This document shows, in pieces, positions 8,201-13,205 of a stretch of 13,205 nt of DNA (the stretch's first letter is position 1; each line of letters starts with the position of its first letter). The position numbers and the translations under genes are program-made. Location: assembly GCA_036339465.1 (NCBI GenBank), contig JAYZAY010000090.1, positions 1 to 13,205 on the forward strand, given 5' to 3'. This DNA comes from Myxococcota bacterium. GTDB lineage: Bacteria; Myxococcota; XYA12-FULL-58-9; JABJBS01. The notes below the pieces were generated by a model. The model saw only the letters and a list, made by a program, of their open reading frames with translations, did no database searches and was not told where the DNA came from.

Positions 8201-8714
8201 TGACAATGAGGCTTAGGGGGGCTCGTAATTCGTGGGAGATATTTCGGAAAAAATCGCCCTTTTCTTGTTGGAGGGCCAAAAGTTTTGCAGCCTCTGTCTT
8301 CGCTTTTTGTTGTTGGAGGTTGGCTTCTTCTTGGTAAATTACCTGTTTTTTCAGAGGTTCGAAGTTGGTTAACACCATCACAGCAAAGGTGGGATGTGAC
8401 GGCTCATCGAGTTTTTGATAATGAACGGTGTAGATTTGTGAGGTTTGATCGCCACTTAAAAAAAGCATGTTTATAGGACCAGATGAGACCTCCAAGAGTT
8501 TGGTTCCAAAGGTACGAATGACATCGTTTTCATCGAGAAATGAGAGAAATCCTTTTCGGAGGACGTGATCTTGTTTGTAGCCGAGAATGTCGCAGAAAGC
8601 CTTATTTACAAAAATGATGATGTCGTTTTCATCGATGGCGATAATTGGGTTGGGCACGGTGCCCATGATCTCTTCTAGGGTGAGGCCGGATGGGTTGGGT
8701 GTTGTCGATGTCAT
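5289..8714 (-). CDS. Cytoplasmic hybrid sensor with two kinase cores: PAS-HisKA-HATPase-REC-REC-PAS-HisKA-HATPase, 1141 aa
   Basis: AGGAG (8727-8723) precedes ATG 8714. PAS1 [14 protein letters not shown]. Core 1: [37 protein letters not shown]1: LILEDD/VVLADN/LMTA/LSKPF. REC2: [25 protein letters not shown]2 [17 protein letters not shown]. Core 2: [37 protein letters not shown]. No transmembrane segment is evident. Confidence 0.95.
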   Translation of the reverse strand: MTSTTPNPSGLTLEEIMGTVPNPIIAIDENDIIIFVNKAFCDILGYKQDHVLRKGFLSFLDENDVIRTFGTKLLEVSSGPINMLFLSGDQTSQIYTVHYQKLDEPSHPTFAVMVLTNFEPLKKQVIYQEEANLQQQKAKTEAAKLLALQQEKGDFFRNISHELRAPLSLIVNPLEELQQKYPDEDLTLPLQSSRRLWKLVNQLLDYEKISTNENKLKLTTISLGDFLQASSKSYQEICSKKQIQFETWSNTQQLDMDFHRNIFIHGEIDALEKIIFNYLSNAVKFTPPNGKISLELSQNRRRATISIRDTGAGISKDGQKSLFKLYGQAPEHLSLKKTGTGLGLALVKALANEMHGEVGVESEVGKGSVFWVEFPLTAPLLPLYDVLILEDDYHTAMLLKETLVANNLRILVADGTAKAKALLEEARFKVVLADNLLGVERGLDFLTYMRLKQPDTIRILMTAEAEKVPLPDLINDAHVQHFLSKPFDPMKTSAAIGTWCQSSPFNYQSGEKYTDGLLDWEPTLTESTKNTHPSNHEPGDDDTDTLKLEQELSQEEWIDEWILVIDDVPEMGQLIARTLRRYGYKVLVVNNAVAALKFMEIRQPSLVVTDWLMPYITGTEFIQICRKQKRPITLPIVVLSSRADDGSRLEAIEAGADAFVAKPYSEPELVSHIRNLLLLKARERDALEQSQFLQLLFDSLPDGFVILQQDGTVIRGNSAFAQQLGIPLGQLIGKPIYEWIDELDLVSQYGLFNTTNLGPVNGVHVMFGRNGSQEKCLWLTMAKVMTEPQKFEWGYVMISRPSQHLEAQQVASRVAAELAQNLTEVQQTKDFLSETIAQQRALHEQFAMDTDKMVQLGKLTSSIGHEVTNPAQAIALCITVAQEHTMEMTKRVESYAHSKTSESVNFYETYHHNQSTILKMLDQALAAVKGLTDITNALRRQSRQQEDALEVVDPNTLIDEVMILCKAKLTLCKLIFNRGNAVPVAVVPVRLCQVFMNLIANAVDALDSHYQSLEDLTKSVFVGVVEISTEEKHHQGRPGVMIQVKDNGGGIPEAVIPRIFDEFFTTKSLHSGTGIGLYLVKKIIEDSDGHITTRNDPDFNGAEFTIWLPAHTTNQPQEEHIEAIEAIEAIEAIEAIEAIAQ
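5297..5355. repeat. Perfect 9-bp tandem repeat (CTATAGCTT) x6 plus 5 nt, encoding (IEA)6 at the kinase C-terminus
   Basis: Units begin at 5297, 5306, 5315, 5324, 5333 and 5342, followed by a partial CTATA at 5351-5355. No mismatches. Confidence 0.97.
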
Positions 8715-8812
8715 GGGTCTAGCTCCTAGGGGAAACCTGACTTCATTAGACCTCCATGGATATGGTTGCATGGATTTTTGTTGGGGGTCAAGATGGTTTT
8801 GTGGGACATATG

Positions 8813-8836
8813 TTATGGGAATCGGCATTCTCATAA
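8813..8836. promoter_or_regulatory. Operator-like inverted repeat in the divergent kinase / HAD intergenic region
   Basis: TTATGGGAAT-CGGC-ATTCTCATAA: 10-bp arms with one mismatch and a 4-bp spacer. Confidence 0.5.
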
Positions 8837-8922
8837 ATTACTTTGCTCTTGGGGAAAAGAAAGCATGGTCGGAACCTACCTATCATGATACGCCCCCCCA
8901 TCTAAAAAGACGGGAACCGTTC

Positions 8923-10152
8923 ATGAACAACAAAGCTGTACGCACACGCACACTGATCGTGCTTTTAATCAGTCTCTTTGGGTGTACCTCCACCTCCACA
9001 TCCAATCCACCGCAAAAATCATCGGTCACCGCCGCGGGGTGGCCCTCTCAAGCCCACCGGCAATTGGAGGCATTCGTCAGTAAGTACCCACGGCCACAGG
9101 GCGGCCACAGCCCCATTGCCATCTTTGATTGGGACAACACCGTCATCAAGAACGATATTGGTCGGGCCACGGTGCATTGGACGATTACCCACGGGCTCGT
9201 GAAGCAACCTCCACAAGGGGACTGGCGAAAAGCCAATCCTTATCTCACCCAAAAGGCTGTCGGGGAACTCACGGAAAGCTGCGGGACACAAACCCCTCCA
9301 GGACAGCCACTCCCCACCCATAAAAACCCAAGATGCGCGCAGGTTTTGAGAACCATCGCCGATAAAGCCACCACCACCGACGGTAATCCCGCCTTTGCCG
9401 GATACAACTACCGAACCTACGCCGCAACCACCGCTTGGCAAACAACGGTTTTGGCCGGGTACACCCCAGCGGAGATCCGCACCATGGCAGCCGAAGTCAT
9501 CGCCGCCAAAATGAAAGTATCCACCCAAGAAAAAGGAAAATATATCCGTCTAAATCAGCCGATTCGCAATCTAATGCGGGATTTGGACCACGCAGGCTTC
9601 GAAGTGTGGGTTGTCTCAGCATCGCCTCAATACGTGGTTGAGGCCTTCGCCGACTCTATTACATTTCCCCGGGAAAGGGTGATTGGCTTGAGAAATCTCC
9701 TCGACCAACAAGGGCGCCAAACTTACGACTTTGAAGGCTGCGGTTCCCACCAAGACGGCGAAAATAGACTCATCAACAAGATTGAGGGTAAACGTTGCTG
9801 GATCAATCAAGTTATTTTTGGGATCCAAGGCAAAGCCGCCGAAGCATCCCAAACACACCTAGACAAACGCGCTGCCTTTGTGGCCGGTGATGCAACCACC
9901 GACGTCTCCATGCTCCGAGACGCCACAGGTCTTCGCCTGGTGATCGATCGCCATGACTCAGAACTCATGTGTTACGCACTCTATGGCGAGGGTCCACCTT
10001 GGGTGATCGTACCCATGTTCTTCGATCCCAAATCCCAAGGGACCGACCCTTATCCATGCAGTACCCGTGGTTGTTTGAATACCGACGGCTCAAAGGGGCC
10101 ATGCCTCGACGATCAAAACAACGTCATTCCCGATCAGCGACCAAGATATTAG
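8923..10152 (+). CDS. Lipoprotein HAD-superfamily phosphatase (phosphorylcholine-phosphatase-like motif set), 409 aa
   Basis: Signal peptide with lipobox MNNKAVRTRTLIVLLISLFG-C21. HAD motif I AIFDWDNT, II WVVSAS, III EGK, IV AGDATTD. Eight further Cys are consistent with periplasmic disulfides. The longer ORF from 8587 overlaps the kinase gene and is unlikely. Confidence 0.88.
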   Translation: MNNKAVRTRTLIVLLISLFGCTSTSTSNPPQKSSVTAAGWPSQAHRQLEAFVSKYPRPQGGHSPIAIFDWDNTVIKNDIGRATVHWTITHGLVKQPPQGDWRKANPYLTQKAVGELTESCGTQTPPGQPLPTHKNPRCAQVLRTIADKATTTDGNPAFAGYNYRTYAATTAWQTTVLAGYTPAEIRTMAAEVIAAKMKVSTQEKGKYIRLNQPIRNLMRDLDHAGFEVWVVSASPQYVVEAFADSITFPRERVIGLRNLLDQQGRQTYDFEGCGSHQDGENRLINKIEGKRCWINQVIFGIQGKAAEASQTHLDKRAAFVAGDATTDVSMLRDATGLRLVIDRHDSELMCYALYGEGPPWVIVPMFFDPKSQGTDPYPCSTRGCLNTDGSKGPCLDDQNNVIPDQRPRY

Positions 10153-10199
10153 TCTCCTTCAATCGGTGAAGCCAACCATAGGAAACGTCACCAAATTGG

Positions 10200-10583
10200 G
10201 TGGAAACCTTATCCATGGGCAATCGCGGACAGGTTTTCTATAGCACCGAATTTTACCACTACGAGGCCACATTGCGGCGCTCTCAGTTAAACCGGCGTGA
10301 GCTTTATCGACTCAACCTGGCCATTCGCGGCTATGGGCGACTTGATCGTGGCTACGACTGCAATGAAATCACCGGTGGTATCATCATGGATGCCCCTGAC
10401 GCCTATTTTGCCATCGCCAAGAATGACCGCATCAAGGAAGTGGAAGTTTCTCCCGCCATCTGCTGGTCGGAGTTGCCACGTCGTCTTCGACGCCTCAACC
10501 GAGTGCTCGACCGCATCGTCGAAAGACATTTCTCAAACCCGGACTTATATCCCTTACACGACTCCACCATCAACTCTCCATAG
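10200..10583 (+). CDS. Hypothetical protein (127 aa or fewer), possibly N-terminally truncated; weak resemblance to DUF6438-type small domains
   Basis: Protein-like pattern of strands and amphipathic helices: ETLSMGNRGQVFY, LNRRELYRLNLAI, LDRGYDC..MDAP, KEVEV, LPRRLRRLNRVLDRIV. The start is uncertain (GTG 10200 or ATG 10215), and there is an in-frame TAG at 10179. Confidence 0.5.
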   Translation: METLSMGNRGQVFYSTEFYHYEATLRRSQLNRRELYRLNLAIRGYGRLDRGYDCNEITGGIIMDAPDAYFAIAKNDRIKEVEVSPAICWSELPRRLRRLNRVLDRIVERHFSNPDLYPLHDSTINSP

Positions 10584-10972
10584 CCAGTATCTGCATCTTG
10601 AACCCTGGTAAACGCTATCTCCGAACTCAGCCCAAGCACCACTTCACAGGTGGTAAAAATCTTGCAGCCATCTAAGAGATGCCCCCCAAGACACCGTCCT
10701 TCATTGTCGGATAAAGTCATATGGAGATGCAATCGCTCCAGACCTAAGGTCCCAGAAAGCGATAGAATTTCAAAGGGCCCCTCCCTTTCAAGAATATCGA
10801 TACCTCCGGCCATGCGAAGCCTGGCATTCTTCAGACTCCCCACACAACTCACCATCCAGCCCGCACTCAATTGATGGGATTGAACGATATCCAAGAGAGT
10901 CAGTTTGAGATCTCGTCCGGGCTTGATTCGCCCCGCGAGGATCTGGTGGCCAGTGGAGGATGGCAGCTTCAT
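10403..10972 (-). CDS. PPC/DUF296 domain protein with an atypical C-terminal extension
   Basis: RIKPGRDL, SCVGSLKNARLRMAG, FEILSLSGTL, LHLHMTLSD..G.CLGGHL, FTTCEVVL, R.QDADTGYGEL. GGAG precedes ATG 10972. Lies 33 bp downstream of the hydrolase, so the two are probably co-transcribed. Confidence 0.92.
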   Translation of the reverse strand: MKLPSSTGHQILAGRIKPGRDLKLTLLDIVQSHQLSAGWMVSCVGSLKNARLRMAGGIDILEREGPFEILSLSGTLGLERLHLHMTLSDNEGRCLGGHLLDGCKIFTTCEVVLGLSSEIAFTRVQDADTGYGELMVESCKGYKSGFEKCLSTMRSSTRLRRRRRRGNSDQQMAGETSTSLMRSFLAMAK

Positions 10973-11005
10973 GTCTTTCTCCAGAAGGAGCCAATATCCC
11001 GTAGG

Positions 11006-11884
11006 TTAACTGGCAATCCGAATCATATGCCTGGAAGTCAACCAGCTTTCGAGCACATTCCACCACTGGGCTTGAATGTGAGGGACTTCATGGTGAAGCT
11101 CGTGGCTGCCCCCGGAAATACTTTCAAAACTCATATCACAATTGGTCGCATTTTCGGCAAAACGCCGCGAACCATCAATATCGCAAATGGAATCGTTGGT
11201 GCCGTGATAAACCAAAGTGGGTAAAACGACATTGTTGGCCTGCCGAATAGAGTCTTTGGCTTGGTCGACCAAGCTCGTCCCCAATCGCGTGGAGATCGAA
11301 GAGTGGATCAATGGATCCGCTAAGTAGCGCTCCACTTCACGGGGATCCGAAGAAATACCATCGGCATCGAGCCCTGTTCTTAAGGTTAGCTTCGGTAAAA
11401 TATGCGCGAGAACCCGTCCCACTTTGAGTTTTATATTGGTCGCCGTATCGGTGTGCACCCCCAACGCCGGGGAACTTAAAATCACCCCCGCGATATTCCC
11501 ATGGGGTACCCGATGGGTGAGATAGCGTGCCACCGTGGCGCCCCCCATGGAATGTCCAAAGAGAATGATTTTTTGGGCCTCGCAACGGGTTAAGAAAAGT
11601 TGCAAGAGCGATTCGAGATCATCGATAAGGCCATCGAGACCATCTGCATCGCCCCGGGCCCCTGCACTTTGACCATGCCCTCGAACATCATAACCAACCA
11701 CCTCAAAACCCAGGGCCACCAAGCGTTCGGCCATCTCCGTATATCGGTCGGCATGTTCGCCGTGTCCATGGTGGATCACAAAAAGAAAACCATTGGGTTG
11801 CTCGGGCGTCGGCCACTGGGCCAGTTGAAAGGCCGTGCCATCTGGTCCCTCCCACACGTTCTTTTGAATTCGAAAATCATTCAT
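11006..11884 (-). CDS. Alpha/beta hydrolase, lysophospholipase / monoacylglycerol lipase (Hydrolase_4) type, 292 aa
   Basis: HHGHGEHADRY, YDVRGHGQS.GARG, nucleophile elbow GHSMGG, YLADPL, HGTNDSIC (Asp) and HELHHE (His). GGGAGG upstream of ATG 11884. Confidence 0.92.
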   Translation of the reverse strand: MNDFRIQKNVWEGPDGTAFQLAQWPTPEQPNGFLFVIHHGHGEHADRYTEMAERLVALGFEVVGYDVRGHGQSAGARGDADGLDGLIDDLESLLQLFLTRCEAQKIILFGHSMGGATVARYLTHRVPHGNIAGVILSSPALGVHTDTATNIKLKVGRVLAHILPKLTLRTGLDADGISSDPREVERYLADPLIHSSISTRLGTSLVDQAKDSIRQANNVVLPTLVYHGTNDSICDIDGSRRFAENATNCDMSFESISGGSHELHHEVPHIQAQWWNVLESWLTSRHMIRIAS

Positions 11885-12025
11885 GAGGGAGTCATACCTC
11901 CCAGCAGTCCAATAAGGCAATACCCGACAATGGGTTTTGAATGAAACCCCAATGAGATTGGTGCTCTTCTCCCTCTTGGATATGGTATATCCCAATATAA
12001 GACACACAAGGAACGAGGTGAAAAT

Positions 12026-12413
12026 ATGAACACAACCAATGATTACCCCAAATGCGCCCCCACGGCATCCTCATGCCACAGCTCGAAAAACGCCCCATCG
12101 GTGGTGCTAATGGTATCGCCAGACAGGAACTAGGCATGTTGAGTGTCACACCATGGCATCCGGCTTTACCGTCTACACAATAGGCCACTTCATGGGCGTT
12201 TTAATCCTCTAGACGCCAGCTCAGCATTTTCGCATTAAGCCATGGGGATTTGATTTACCCCCATTTTTATTCCCACGGAGCGCCAAGGACAAAATCCGAG
12301 GGCTCGTCAAAGAAACTCAATCAGCCTTCTCCCTGTTGAAAGAAGAACTGGAGGAACGAGAAAACAACTTCCTGCTATGGTGGGAATTCAATCTCGCTCG
12401 TCCCTGTATTTGA
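12026..12413 (+). pseudogene. Possible decayed gene remnant
   Basis: GAGGTG (12015-12020) and ATG 12026 open only 35 codons. A separate frame reads MASGFTVYTIGHFMGVLIL*TPAQHFRIKP...LVKETQSAFSLLKEELEERENNFLLWWEFNLARPCI* (12153-12413), and its end loosely resembles a GST C-terminal helix motif. Confidence 0.25.
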
Positions 12414-12660
12414 CAGAATGGACGAATGCGGAAGAAATACGATCGGGCCAAATCAAAAACATTTCGGCCATGGTTTTCAGAGATCTCCCCTTTCTCTAAG
12501 GATAATTTTCTACTGGGCTCAACCGCTTTTCGTTATTTTTTTCCCAACCCGACGCCTCTGGCGTGGAGTTGCATGCACCAATGTTGATTTTACTCCGGGT
12601 TTTTCGCTATCGTTGGGAAGGGGAGCCCATCAACGCTCCACCCTTACTGGGGGTTCTAAC

Positions 12661-13089
12661 GTGGAAAAATCGCAAGAATTCTGTGCATTTCTGCTCAATA
12701 AGTTGCTCTTTGGCGTGCCGATCGATGACGTCCAGGAAGTCCTTCGCTATCAGACAGTCACCTTCGTACCTTGTGCCCCCCGTGCTATCCGTGGCCTTAT
12801 TAATCTGCGGGGCCGGATTACAACTGCCATCGATTTACGATCTCGGTTGGACATGCCACCCTTCCCAGACGACCACCCCATGAATGTGGTGGTAAGATCA
12901 TCGGATGGGGAGGTTGTGAGTCTCTTGGTGGACCAAATTGACGACATTATTCGCGTTCCTGATGAATTTTTTGAGAAAGCACCTGACACCCTGTCACGAA
13001 GTGCTCGGGAACTGGTTCTCGGTGCCTATAAATTAGATAAACGCCTTTTACTCACCCTAGACACCGAACGGGTCATCAATATCAAGTAA
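12661..13089 (+). CDS. cheW: Chemotaxis coupling protein CheW, 142 aa
   Basis: FGVPIDDVQEVL, VTFVPCAPRAIRGLINLRGRITTAIDLRSRL, SLLVDQIDDII, GAYKLDKRLLLTLD. GTG 12661 gives a typical CheW length. Confidence 0.95.
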   Translation: MEKSQEFCAFLLNKLLFGVPIDDVQEVLRYQTVTFVPCAPRAIRGLINLRGRITTAIDLRSRLDMPPFPDDHPMNVVVRSSDGEVVSLLVDQIDDIIRVPDEFFEKAPDTLSRSARELVLGAYKLDKRLLLTLDTERVINIK

Positions 13090-13205
13090 ACACTTCGAAC
13101 GCCCTGGTTGTTTTCCCAGTTTGACACAAAGCAAAACCCACACAAACCTACACCCAAAAATCCATGCGAAGAAAAATCAATCTCCAGGGCTAGCCGACTA
13201 AGTAC

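Noticed and set aside
8796..8845. dif site at the skew switch
   Set aside because: TTATG and CATAA are present but in the wrong order and spacing for the 11-6-11 XerC/XerD layout (..ATAA-N6-TTATG..).
9019..9858. Antisense and alternate-frame ORFs inside the HAD gene, and similar ones within other genes
   Set aside because: They are shadows of well-supported genes and have no recognisable motifs.
12414..12660. c-di-GMP riboswitch or sigma70 promoter upstream of cheW
   Set aside because: No GEMM consensus is visible, and TTGACA at 12410-12415 lacks a credible -10 at 16-18 nt.

Overview
Bacterial chromosomal window, probably Myxococcota or another deltaproteobacterial-type lineage (inferred from gene content only). 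It has ten recognisable or plausible coding regions and no rRNA, tRNA, CRISPR array or mobile element. In order: a 5'-truncated FHA-domain gene whose second, degenerate FHA domain is split by an in-frame TGA; a lipoprotein with a domain resembling the eukaryotic AAC4 family (probable PD-(D/E)xK nuclease-like fold); a phytoene-desaturase/retinol-saturase-like FAD oxidoreductase divergent from a FadL/OmpP1 outer-membrane transporter; a hybrid sensor with two histidine-kinase cores (PAS-HK-REC-REC-PAS-HK) ending in a perfect 9-bp tandem repeat; a lipoprotein HAD phosphatase; a small hypothetical ORF overlapping a PPC/DUF296 gene by 181 bp; a lysophospholipase-like alpha/beta hydrolase; a possible decayed gene; and cheW. 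The + strand changes from G/T-rich to C/A-rich near 8,880, regardless of gene orientation. The best candidates for undescribed biology are the exported AAC4-like protein, the double-kinase sensor with its repeat tail, the skew switch and the internal TGA. All family assignments come from motif recognition, not database searches.
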